From Chitinophagaceae bacterium (lineage in GTDB: Bacteria > Bacteroidota > Bacteroidia > Chitinophagales > Chitinophagaceae), in NCBI GenBank assembly GCA_947450165.1, contig CANFUJ010000001.1, positions 5,600 to 69,599 of the forward strand: a DNA stretch of 64,000 nt, read 5' to 3'. Position numbers and translations under genes: made by a program. The notes beneath the pieces were generated by a model that was given only the letters and a program-made list of their open reading frames with translations, was not told the DNA's origin and did not search any database. This document shows, piece by piece, positions 31,167 to 40,777 of the stretch (its first letter is position 1; the number at the start of each line of letters is the position of its first letter).

Positions 31167-32783
31167 ATGAAAAAATATCTTGCAGTAATATCCAGTGAAC
31201 AGTTCGATACTCTATATCGTTTCGGGAAGTTATATCACCCGATATTCTTATCAACTGAAGATCAAGATGAAAAGTCTGTAATTGAAATATTCAATTCGTT
31301 TATTCAATTTGTTTATGATGAAAATTATTTGGTTTTAGAATATATAGTACCAGATGTTGAAGAGAAGCCGTTCCATCTTATTAAAATTGAAAATATTGAA
31401 AGAATATTTCCAATATCAAATGAATGTCGAGAGGCTCTTGTTTTAAAAAAATCATCAAAAATTAAATTTGAAAATCCATTCTTTTCAAATAGCGCTTATG
31501 AAAAGATAAACCATGAGTACTTTATTTCGGAGGCTATTGGTGGAAGTAGTATTCTTTTAAAAACATTCAAATATGAAAATGAATCTGTTCAATTATCAAG
31601 TGAGATAAAATCTGCCGTCTTAAAACTCAGAAAAGGTTTGAAAATTGGTAGATTAGATAATAAGGCTACAATAGTAGATTTTTGTTTTTTGTATGTTTAT
31701 GAAGCTTATTATCCCCTGAATATAATAGGATATATGATTCGGACTGCGGAAATATTTACCAGATATAAACTTGCAGAGAAAAATGTGCAATATTCTCCTG
31801 ATATACTTGAAAAGAGAGATATATATCAAATGTTGATTGAGTTGAATTCCAAGCAAACCGCAATTAATTTTGACAAACTCTTAGATGAGCTCACAATAGA
31901 TTCTAGAGCTACCAATTTCACTTCAAATCTAATTGTAGATAATTTAAAATACTATATTGTTATACTGTTATTTTTGAAGACAGTTGATGAATTTAATGAA
32001 AACGGTGGGACGCTTGATAAAACAAACCTAAATAAAATAATTGAAAACTATCATTCAGTTTATAGCGAAGAATGTAAGATGCTTTTGACATGGCTAGGTT
32101 CCTATTTGGGTTATGGAAATTGTTATGATTTTTGCTATAATAAGTTGAATCTGAAAATTTTTACTACTTACAAGAGTATTGATTTAGTTGAAAGCAAAAC
32201 AGCAGAAATAATCAATTCAGAAATACATTTAATTGGATCTACAGAAGCTAATCAAATGTCTGAGATTAGTTCAAATGAAAATGCAATAAATAATAAAGTT
32301 GAAGATGCCTCAGAAATTTCAAATTCAATTGATGACGATATAAATAATGAATTAGATGGCAAGGCAGAAATTATATCTCCAGTAATAGAAGAGAAATTGA
32401 ATAATTCAATGTTTGAGATTATTTCAAATGAAAATGCAATAAATAATAAAGTTGAAGATGCCTCAGAAATTTCAAATTCAATCGATGATGTCAATTTAAA
32501 TAATGAATTAGATGGCAAGGCAGAAATTATATCGCCGGTAAATAACAAAGGATTGCCTCTTGAATTTTTGCCATTAGATCAGTTAAAATTAGAGAAAGCT
32601 GGATTTACTTATGTGAAAAAAATTTGGCTTGAATCAATGAAATTGAACCAAAGTAATGATGAGCAAGTGAATCATTTTATTTCAATAATTGAAAAAGAGT
32701 TAACTATTTCAAAAAAACAAAAACAAAAAATAAAATTTGAAGAATTTGAAAGAATAAAAAGTTTTTTACTTATCAATAACTAA
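31167..32783 (+). CDS. Hypothetical protein with internal 51-aa duplication
   Basis: 538-aa ORF starting 2 nt after the helicase stop. Confidence 0.7.
   Translation: MKKYLAVISSEQFDTLYRFGKLYHPIFLSTEDQDEKSVIEIFNSFIQFVYDENYLVLEYIVPDVEEKPFHLIKIENIERIFPISNECREALVLKKSSKIKFENPFFSNSAYEKINHEYFISEAIGGSSILLKTFKYENESVQLSSEIKSAVLKLRKGLKIGRLDNKATIVDFCFLYVYEAYYPLNIIGYMIRTAEIFTRYKLAEKNVQYSPDILEKRDIYQMLIELNSKQTAINFDKLLDELTIDSRATNFTSNLIVDNLKYYIVILLFLKTVDEFNENGGTLDKTNLNKIIENYHSVYSEECKMLLTWLGSYLGYGNCYDFCYNKLNLKIFTTYKSIDLVESKTAEIINSEIHLIGSTEANQMSEISSNENAINNKVEDASEISNSIDDDINNELDGKAEIISPVIEEKLNNSMFEIISNENAINNKVEDASEISNSIDDVNLNNELDGKAEIISPVNNKGLPLEFLPLDQLKLEKAGFTYVKKIWLESMKLNQSNDEQVNHFISIIEKELTISKKQKQKIKFEEFERIKSFLLINN
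32262..32541 (+). repeat. In-frame tandem duplication (period about 153 nt)
   Basis: SNENAINNKVEDASEISNSIDD..NNELDGKAEIISPV occurs twice, near-identical at DNA level. Confidence 0.9.
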
Positions 32784-33332
32784 TAATAAGATTATCTTAT
32801 TGACCTAAAAAACCGGGTAAACTCGCTTTTTTTATCATTTTTAAACTGAAGCGGATAATCTTGCGATATCAAGCTTAAACCGGTTATTTCACCCCCCCCA
32901 GCCTCTATTTACTTTTTATTCCTGTAGCTGATTTGTACCTCGCCCCTAAAAGCCTTTACTGGTAATGGAGTTCATTAAGACAGACTTCCACAATCCCATT
33001 TATTTGTAAATGCTTCATATGGCATAAAGAAATCGTGTTTTTTCAAGAATGAATGAAATGAGTTTGGAAGGAGAAATCATTGCAATATCAGATTTTGAGA
33101 TAATCGTCAAACTTTCAAAAGGAGATTTATTTATTGACTTAAAATCTGATAATTTCATAAAGAATATTGTATTTGATTCTTTTGAACAAAACTATATTGT
33201 CAATTCGGGAAAGTGAAGAGGATGCGAAAGAAATAAAATATTATTTTATTATCTTTATTATAACTCATAAAACTGTAAATGTAATACCATAAAAAACCTT
33301 GAATATTTTTAACTAGGAATAAACAATTCTCC

Positions 33333-34748
33333 ATGATTGACAACAATCTTCTCAAAACATATGCTAACCATTTTTATAAATTAGGACTCAATGTAACTTG
33401 TATTTCAAATGAAAGAAATCAATGGAATTTATTAGACAATAACTTATTTAAATCTCCTTGTCACGAATGGATAAGTTTACAATCATATAGACAAACTGAA
33501 GAAGAGTTAATTTCATATAATTGGGAAAAAGCAATTGGAATAGGAACAGTTTTAGGACATAATAATTTAATGGCACTTGATATAGATGGGTGCGTAGAGG
33601 ATGATTTTATAAAGTTAATTTGCGATATAATTGGACTCAATTACAATTATGATTGGATAATTAAATCAGGGAGTGGATGCGGTTTTCACATATTATTTAG
33701 GTGCAATGATGTTCAAATTAATAAAGAAGAAATAGAAAAAGAATTAGCTCTTAAACAATGGCTTCATGTTGATGATTTCGGTTATTCAGAGGTTAATGCG
33801 TATTATCCTAATTGGGAAGAACAGACTTATACTTTTGAGAATTTATCGAGTGAAACTTACACACTATATGACAAAACAATTTTAAAAAAACATTTCAATG
33901 ACAATTTTCTTTTAGCTGACCTTTTTCAAAAGATAGAATTTAGATGGAAAGGTCATTCTGTTTTACCTATTTCTTTACATCAGTCTGGCCTTACATACAA
34001 TTTTGTTAACGGCATACCTAAATCCTCACCATCTGAGATTTCATTTAGTTCACTTCAAAAATTAAAACAATTAATATGCGCTAAAAAGGCTGATTTTAGT
34101 GGGAATGAACCAAAAACAATTATGCACGCATATGAAGACAGTATTTCTAACGCCCCCAATTTTAAAGGATGGAATAACTATTTGACATATGAAATATTGA
34201 CTAACGATGCTACTTTGGATTTCAATAGAGAAATTGATGATAGTTTTAATTTATCTAGGCTTTTACAGATTTCTTGGCTAATTGTTGACATATATTCTAA
34301 CGTAATTAAAAAAGAAAGTTATATTATTAAACCTATAAACTTTGAAATAAGTTCAGATAGTGTTTTATTAAATGGAATAACAAAAGAAAAAGCTATTATA
34401 CTTGGAGAAGATTTAAAGGTAGTATTAGATAAATTTCTAAATGACTTAAACAATTGCCCTTTATTAGTTTGTTACAATTATAATTATAACTCTAAAGTAA
34501 TTCTATCTGAAATGAAAAAATCTGGATTAAATCAAAATCTATATCAAAACAAAAGACACATTTCATTGATAAATCATTTTGATTTAAATGATGGTGAAAA
34601 TCACATAGTATCCTTTAATGAATTGTATAATTTGCATTTTGATAAAGAATTAAATTTCATACAAAATGCCGGTTTTATTGCTAACGTTTCTAAAATTATT
34701 TTTTCAAAAAGTTTTTTGTATGATGAATTACCCAAAAGATATCTATAA
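33333..34748 (+). CDS. Prim-Pol domain + degenerate DEDD exonuclease domain (paralog of 14545)
   Basis: KSPCHEW, GIGTVLGHNNLMALDIDG, SGSGCGFHI, VLPISLHQSG; LLQISWLIVD..YIIKP..NGITKEKA aligns to the exonuclease at 10517. Confidence 0.8.
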   Translation: MIDNNLLKTYANHFYKLGLNVTCISNERNQWNLLDNNLFKSPCHEWISLQSYRQTEEELISYNWEKAIGIGTVLGHNNLMALDIDGCVEDDFIKLICDIIGLNYNYDWIIKSGSGCGFHILFRCNDVQINKEEIEKELALKQWLHVDDFGYSEVNAYYPNWEEQTYTFENLSSETYTLYDKTILKKHFNDNFLLADLFQKIEFRWKGHSVLPISLHQSGLTYNFVNGIPKSSPSEISFSSLQKLKQLICAKKADFSGNEPKTIMHAYEDSISNAPNFKGWNNYLTYEILTNDATLDFNREIDDSFNLSRLLQISWLIVDIYSNVIKKESYIIKPINFEISSDSVLLNGITKEKAIILGEDLKVVLDKFLNDLNNCPLLVCYNYNYNSKVILSEMKKSGLNQNLYQNKRHISLINHFDLNDGENHIVSFNELYNLHFDKELNFIQNAGFIANVSKIIFSKSFLYDELPKRYL

Positions 34749-34782
34749 ATATCAATAGAGTTTATAATAACATTTTGCACAT

Positions 34783-36225
34783 TTGCCAGACCCAATCCAA
34801 CATATCAAATTATCCGAGCTGAATAAGCAAATTCAAGCAGTTGTAGTAAGCAACTTCAATGAATTAGCACTTTGGGTAATTGCAGATATTACAAACCATA
34901 GTTTCAAAGAAAAAACCAATTACCATTATTTTGATTTAGTCGAGAAATCAGAAAACTCTAATGAATTGGTTGCAAAGATTTCTGGAAAAGCATGGGGAAC
35001 TGGTGCAACTAAAATCCGTGAATTTGAAAAAATCACAGGACAAAAATTCACGAATAACATTAATGTACTCGCTAAAGTCAAAGTAAATTATCACATTGTA
35101 TTTGGATTGTCTTTAGATATTTTAGAAGTAGACGCAAACTTTACAATTGGTGTATTAGAGCAACAAAGGCAAGCCACACTTTCTAGTTTAGTTGAAAATA
35201 ATCCCGAAGTAATTTCTAAGGTTGGTGATAGATATGTTACAAGAAATGCTAAGCTTTCGCTTCCAATGATTATCCAACGCATTGCAGTAGTGTCATCTAA
35301 AACATCAGCCGGTAACGAAGATTTTAAACACACGCTTTTAAACAATCCTTATAATTATAAATTTGAAATAGACGATTACCACACTGTCGTTCAAAATGAT
35401 GCAAATGCGCAACAATTTCTCGATCGTTTAATTGATGTTTTTAAATCGGGTATTCCTTATGATGTTGTTGTAATTAATCGAGGTGGCGGAGCTCAAACAG
35501 ATTTTTTAATATTTGACAACTATAAAATTGGGTTAGCTGTTGCTCGTTTTCCAATTCCAATTATTACAGGCATCGGTCATCAAAAAAACGAGACCATCAC
35601 CGATTTGATGGCGCATACACAAACAAAGACGCCTACCAAAGCTGCCGAATTTATTATAACCCATAATAAACTTTTTGAAGATTCAATTTTGGGCTTTCAA
35701 AAAAAAATACTGATAAAGTCTCAACAAACATTTTCGTCTAACTATCAAAAACTTACTATACTTAAAACATCAATTGTAAATAAGTCGAGAACATTTATTA
35801 ACGACTATAAAGACGATCTCGTAATCAACAATCAAATTGTAGTTAATAAAACAAAGACACTTCTGTTTAAAAGTAAAAATGCTTTATCTTTTATAGCATC
35901 TACTTTAATATCAAAACCTAAAGTAATTACTGGAAACAAGTTAAACGACTTAGCAAACAAAATAAGTAATATTCATACCTTTAAAACTAGTTATTTAAGA
36001 AGTCAAAGGGCGTATTTGGGGCATTACGTTTCAGTTATTAATTTAATGTCGCCGGCGAATATTTTAAAAAAAGGATTTGCAATAATTAAACATAATGGAG
36101 AAATTACAAGCAATCCCGATATGCTTACTCCTGGCTCAGAAATGGAAGTAATCTTATTGGACAAATCAATAAAATCAACAGTAAAATCAAAATCAACGTA
36201 TAATGGAAAAGAATTTAACATATGA
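34783..36225 (+). CDS. xseA: Exodeoxyribonuclease VII large subunit (divergent)
   Basis: OB fold (WVIADI..HYYFDL), RIAVVSS..AG..DF, VINRGGG, TGIGHQ..DL.AH..KTPTKAA, LKKGFAI; TTG start. Confidence 0.9.
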   Translation: MPDPIQHIKLSELNKQIQAVVVSNFNELALWVIADITNHSFKEKTNYHYFDLVEKSENSNELVAKISGKAWGTGATKIREFEKITGQKFTNNINVLAKVKVNYHIVFGLSLDILEVDANFTIGVLEQQRQATLSSLVENNPEVISKVGDRYVTRNAKLSLPMIIQRIAVVSSKTSAGNEDFKHTLLNNPYNYKFEIDDYHTVVQNDANAQQFLDRLIDVFKSGIPYDVVVINRGGGAQTDFLIFDNYKIGLAVARFPIPIITGIGHQKNETITDLMAHTQTKTPTKAAEFIITHNKLFEDSILGFQKKILIKSQQTFSSNYQKLTILKTSIVNKSRTFINDYKDDLVINNQIVVNKTKTLLFKSKNALSFIASTLISKPKVITGNKLNDLANKISNIHTFKTSYLRSQRAYLGHYVSVINLMSPANILKKGFAIIKHNGEITSNPDMLTPGSEMEVILLDKSIKSTVKSKSTYNGKEFNI

Positions 36226-36409
36226 AGCAGCGTATAACGAGTTAGCGCTTATTGCAAAAGAAATTGAAAATGAAACTGTATCGGTGGATGTATTAGCTCA
36301 GAAAGTTAAGAGGGCATCAGAATTAATTACTTTTTGTCAAACAAAGTTAAAAAATACGGAAGCCGAGGTAAATAAAATAATCACTCAAATGGAGGAGACG
36401 AAAAGTTAA
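36203..36409 (+). CDS. xseB: Exodeoxyribonuclease VII small subunit
   Basis: TYEAAYNEL..I..EIEN..VSVD.L...VKRASELI..C..KL; overlaps the xseA end. Confidence 0.9.
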   Translation: MEKNLTYEAAYNELALIAKEIENETVSVDVLAQKVKRASELITFCQTKLKNTEAEVNKIITQMEETKS

Positions 36410-36610
36410 AAATTTACAGTTATAGATGCTCCGAATCTATGACATTCACAGGAAATTATTCGAGAATTCATATTGACCTAATCATCGAAAAAAACGAAAA
36501 CAGAAAAGTGTTGGATATTCATGAATGATTGTTTTTTTTACCGTTGAAGAAAAAACAACAAATCATCAAAACAGGGTAAATTTTGCCAGAAATAAAGCAA
36601 AAACCAATTC

Positions 36611-36730
36611 ATTTTCCAGAATTTTCCGGATTATTCCAGAAAAAATATTGAAACAATCCCAAAACAATAAAAATTTCACTTTTACTGATACGCCGAATCT
36701 GCTAATTATTCCGGATTATTCCGGAATAAT
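36611..36730. repeat. Clustered imperfect 10-bp repeats (T/A)TTTCC(A/G)GA / TTATTCCGGA
   Basis: attttccaga-attttccgga-ttattccaga (36611-36640) and attattccgg-attattccgg-aataat (about 36705-36730, partly palindromic). Confidence 0.5.
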
Positions 36731-36937
36731 CCTCAAAATTCAGTTACACTATTAAAATGCCACGACTCATTTCATTTCTCTTTTCTTAAAAAATCATCGA
36801 AAATTTTTTCCATTCCTCCAATAGATTGCGGTCTTCTCCTATACCTTCACGAATATCAAATAATATCGAATTATACGATTATATAAAACTTAGTTTTTGT
36901 AGATTGTGAATCGATTAATTATTATCCATAAACTTAT

Positions 36938-37267
36938 ATGTCCGATATAAAAACAATAACAGAAGCACTCACCAATTTTCGTAACGAACGCGATTGGGAG
37001 CAATTTCATAATCCCAAAGATTTAGCGCTCGCCATCAATGTTGAGGCCGGAGAATTGCTTGAATTATTTCTCTGGAAAAATGCAGCAGAGGCCAATAAAG
37101 AAAAAATAAAAGAAGAACTAGCTGACGTTTTCGCATATGCATTTTTACTTGCCGATAAATTCCAATTTGATGTGAAAGAAATCATCCTCGACAAAATACA
37201 AAAGAACGCCGAAAAATATCCAGTAGAAAAAGCAAAGGGTACCGCAAAAAAATACAACGAGCTATGA
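36938..37267 (+). CDS. MazG-like nucleotide pyrophosphohydrolase
   Basis: ERDWEQFHNPKDLALAINVEAGELLE..EELADV..KNAEKYP. Confidence 0.9.
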   Translation: MSDIKTITEALTNFRNERDWEQFHNPKDLALAINVEAGELLELFLWKNAAEANKEKIKEELADVFAYAFLLADKFQFDVKEIILDKIQKNAEKYPVEKAKGTAKKYNEL

Positions 37268-39120
37268 TTGTATATAACGCCACAAAGACTGATTTTTTAA
37301 ATGATGTGCTTACCAATGAGATAGAGAACATCGTTTTGAAAAATGTAAAATTGAAACTGAACCGAGGTGTGGGTATAGCCGAAATACGTTCTTGGGCATC
37401 TTCATTAAGTTACATGGACCGAATCATGCAAGATGCAATGATACCTAATGATTGTGGTATTGCGATTGAATACCAGATTCCTCAAACTGGGAAAAGAATA
37501 GATTTTATCATTTCCGGACAAAACGAAGACAGCAAAGATTCTGTAATACTGATAGAATTAAAACAATGGTCCGAGGCCAAATTAACCAGCAAGGATTCTA
37601 TTGTAGAAACTTTTGTAGGCGGAAGAATTGGAGAACATACACATCCATCTTATCAGGCATGGTCATACGCAACATTATTGCAAGGGTTTAATGAGGTAGT
37701 TTATAAAGAGAATATTCAATTGCATCCTTGTGCTTATTTACACAACTATGCAGAAGATGGTGTAATACGAAATGAGTTTTATGCCGAGTACATCAATAAA
37801 GCACCGGTATTTCTGAAAAACGATGCCATTAAGTTTCGTGAATTTATTAAAAAGCATGTGCGGTATGGAGATAGGAGCAATATTTTGTATCGCATTGAAA
37901 ATGGAAAAATAAAACCATCCAAAATGCTTGCCGACAGCATTACCAAGATGATAAAAGGCAACCAGGAATTTGTGATGATTGACGATCAGAAAGTGGTTTA
38001 TGAAAATGCAATTGCTCTTGCTAAACATGCAAGTGAAACAAATAAACAGGTATTGATTGTGAAAGGCGGCCCCGGAACTGGGAAATCTGTGGTGGCAATT
38101 AATTTATTGGTGGAATTAACCAAGCTCGGTTTGCTTACACAATATGTTTCTAAAAATGCAGCGCCTCGTGCGGTGTATGAAGCCCGACTAACGGGAAGCG
38201 TTAAAGCAACTGAGATAAGAAATATGTTCCGAGGTTCGGGTGCGTTTATTGGTTCGCCTACCAATGAATACGATGCATTGATTGTAGATGAAGCACATCG
38301 CTTAAACAGATTCAGCGGACTGTATGGTAACCAAGGAGAAAACCAGATTAAAGAAATTATTCACGCCTCCAAATTTTCTATTTTCTTTTTAGATGAAGAC
38401 CAAAGGGTAACCTTAAAAGACATTGGCCAAAAAGAAGAAATCATTAAATGGGCGCATTTATCCAATGCAAGTATTACTGAACTGGAATTGAATTCACAAT
38501 TTCGTTGTAATGGTTCTGATGGTTATCTGGCCTGGCTTGATAATACATTACAAATCAGAGAAACGGTTAATCAGGATTTATCAGGAGTAGATTATGATTT
38601 CAGGGTATTGGATAATCCTGCAGAACTCAGAGAATTAATTATTGAAAAAAATAACATCAACAACAGAGCACGAATCGTTGCCGGATACTGTTGGAAATGG
38701 CCCAGTAAAAAAGATTTCAATGCCTACGATATTGAATTTCCGGATTACGATTTCCGGATGAAATGGAACCTTACCGAAGATGGCAGTACTTGGATTATCA
38801 GTCCTAAATCTGTAAATGAAGTGGGCTGTATCCATACCTGTCAGGGACTTGAGGTGGATTACATTGGCGTAATCATTGGTGATGATTTAATTGTAAGAAA
38901 TGGCATAGTAATAACTGATGCTTCCAAAAGAGCGAGTTCGGATAATTCTGTAAAGGGGTATAAAAAAATGATGAAAGAAAATCCGGAGGAAGCTAAAGAG
39001 CAACTTGATTTGATTATAAAGAATACATATAGAACGCTTATGACGAGAGGAATGAAGGGTTGTTATGTGTATTGTGTGGATGAGGAGACGAGGGAGTATT
39101 TTAAAAATGCAATTAAATAA
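37264..39120 (+). CDS. DUF2075 protein (PD-(D/E)xK-like N-domain + SF1-like helicase)
   Basis: RIDFII..IELKQW, GGPGTGKS, VDEAH, SQFRC, TCQGLE, YRTLMTRG; ATGA overlap with the MazG-like gene. Confidence 0.85.
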   Translation: MIVYNATKTDFLNDVLTNEIENIVLKNVKLKLNRGVGIAEIRSWASSLSYMDRIMQDAMIPNDCGIAIEYQIPQTGKRIDFIISGQNEDSKDSVILIELKQWSEAKLTSKDSIVETFVGGRIGEHTHPSYQAWSYATLLQGFNEVVYKENIQLHPCAYLHNYAEDGVIRNEFYAEYINKAPVFLKNDAIKFREFIKKHVRYGDRSNILYRIENGKIKPSKMLADSITKMIKGNQEFVMIDDQKVVYENAIALAKHASETNKQVLIVKGGPGTGKSVVAINLLVELTKLGLLTQYVSKNAAPRAVYEARLTGSVKATEIRNMFRGSGAFIGSPTNEYDALIVDEAHRLNRFSGLYGNQGENQIKEIIHASKFSIFFLDEDQRVTLKDIGQKEEIIKWAHLSNASITELELNSQFRCNGSDGYLAWLDNTLQIRETVNQDLSGVDYDFRVLDNPAELRELIIEKNNINNRARIVAGYCWKWPSKKDFNAYDIEFPDYDFRMKWNLTEDGSTWIISPKSVNEVGCIHTCQGLEVDYIGVIIGDDLIVRNGIVITDASKRASSDNSVKGYKKMMKENPEEAKEQLDLIIKNTYRTLMTRGMKGCYVYCVDEETREYFKNAIK

Positions 39121-39122
39121 AA

Positions 39123-40178
39123 ATGCACCAACTCCCCAACGATAAAAATTTACCCATAGAAAAGCTAGCGGCTTGTTTTAACAGCACTTCCGCTACTTAT
39201 AAATTCTATTGGCTATTGTCAATCGTTGATGCTTTGGAATCAAGAATAAAATCGGAGTCAACAATGATTCCCAAAAAAGAATTGTTTGCAAGAATGATAA
39301 GCAACGCTTGGTACACCGTAAATTATTTTCATGTTTCATTTGGTGTACAGGATAAATTACAAACCGCGATTGAAGCCATAAAAATTTCAGAAGGACTTAC
39401 CATTGATGCCAATAAAAATGACATCATAAAGAAATTATTGAACACAGAAAACAACATTACAAAAAGAGAACTTGTTCAGTTTAATAATAATGTACCACAT
39501 TGGTTTTTGAGCCCCTGGTTTCCTGGAGAAGATAAAGCTTCAATCTATAAAAAATCAAATCAATCTCCATTTTATTGTCCTTATGCCTTGCATACTGATT
39601 TTATAAATGTAGATATATTATGGGCGAATTATTTTTTGTTGAATGCAGCTTTCATCAGAGATTTTTGTTACTGGAATCTGTCATTGTTTTTACAAGCCAA
39701 AAATCCCAATGTGCCAGACATTCCCAACAAATTAATAAAACCCGCATCAAGAAATAACCTCACCAAACAAAGAAAGTTTTGGAATATTGTAATAGATGAA
39801 TTGGGAACTGTAAATTGTATCTACACAAAAAGAGCATTGATGAAGGGCGATTTTGCTGTTGAACATTTTGTACCCTATAATTTTGTGTCGCATGATTTAA
39901 TGTGGAATTTAATACCAGCAGATAAATCATTCAATAGCAGTAAAAGTGATAAGCTGCCATCAATGCAAAAATATTTTGATTCCTTTTTTAATTTGCAAGA
40001 AACCGCAATAAAAATTGTAATTGAAAAAGAACCAAGAAATAAATCACTCGAAGATTATTTAACCATTTTGCATGAACTGAATAATTTGGAAACAGACAGT
40101 ACGAAAAATAAATTCAGAGATACAATACAACCATTAATTACAATTGCCGCCAACAACGGTTTTGAATATTTAAAATAA
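39123..40178 (+). CDS. HNH endonuclease-domain protein
   Basis: ATYKFYWLLSI N-domain; CIY..EHFVP..WNLIP..NSSKSD. Confidence 0.8.
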   Translation: MHQLPNDKNLPIEKLAACFNSTSATYKFYWLLSIVDALESRIKSESTMIPKKELFARMISNAWYTVNYFHVSFGVQDKLQTAIEAIKISEGLTIDANKNDIIKKLLNTENNITKRELVQFNNNVPHWFLSPWFPGEDKASIYKKSNQSPFYCPYALHTDFINVDILWANYFLLNAAFIRDFCYWNLSLFLQAKNPNVPDIPNKLIKPASRNNLTKQRKFWNIVIDELGTVNCIYTKRALMKGDFAVEHFVPYNFVSHDLMWNLIPADKSFNSSKSDKLPSMQKYFDSFFNLQETAIKIVIEKEPRNKSLEDYLTILHELNNLETDSTKNKFRDTIQPLITIAANNGFEYLK

Positions 40179-40555
40179 TGAACGAAAATAAACCTTGCCC
40201 TTTCTGTAATGTAGAAAGAGAAAAAATATTGGAAACAGAATTGTCATTTGCTATTTATGACGGCTTTCCGGTAAATGAAGGACATGCATTGATTATTCCA
40301 AAAAGGCACACTGCCAATTATTTTGATTTGTCAATAGATGAGCAGAAAAATTGTATAGAATTATTAAATCGTGTTAAAGGAATTTTACAAGAAAAATATA
40401 ATCCTGCTGGTTTCAATGTGGGTATTAATATTAATGAAGCCGCTGGGCAAACGGTGCCTCATGTACATATACATTTGATACCGAGGTATGAGGGGGATGT
40501 TGAAGAGCCAAGAGGTGGTGTGAGGGGTGTGGTGCCAGGGAGGAGGAATTATTAA
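40178..40555 (+). CDS. HIT family nucleotide hydrolase
   Basis: CPFC, HALIIPKRH, GQTVPHVHIHLIPR (HxHxH). Confidence 0.92.
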   Translation: MNENKPCPFCNVEREKILETELSFAIYDGFPVNEGHALIIPKRHTANYFDLSIDEQKNCIELLNRVKGILQEKYNPAGFNVGININEAAGQTVPHVHIHLIPRYEGDVEEPRGGVRGVVPGRRNY

Positions 40556-40777
40556 AGTCAATTTTATGTCTTTTGTTCGTTCAAAAGATATAGGAAGCTA
40601 TAATATGAACCGAATTGTTGTATATAAATGTCAGTTTCATTCTGGCTGTGTAGACATTTTTTTGCTGAAAAATATTATCAAGCCAGATGAAACAGAAAAC
40701 CTCAAATAGATTGAGGAGTAATTGTGTATTTTTGAATAATATCAAAATCAATCCTAATCCTAAAATGAAATATATTA

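Noticed and set aside
33049-33216. 55-aa ORF upstream of the second PrimPol
   Set aside because: It is open, but short and without motif support.
36525-36755. 76-aa ORF in the repeat-containing gap
   Set aside because: It has no recognisable motif, overlaps low-complexity repeats and lacks a convincing start context.
40527-40709. 60-aa ORF between the HIT gene and M1
   Set aside because: GTG/TGG-rich overlap with the HIT end and no motif; likely spurious.
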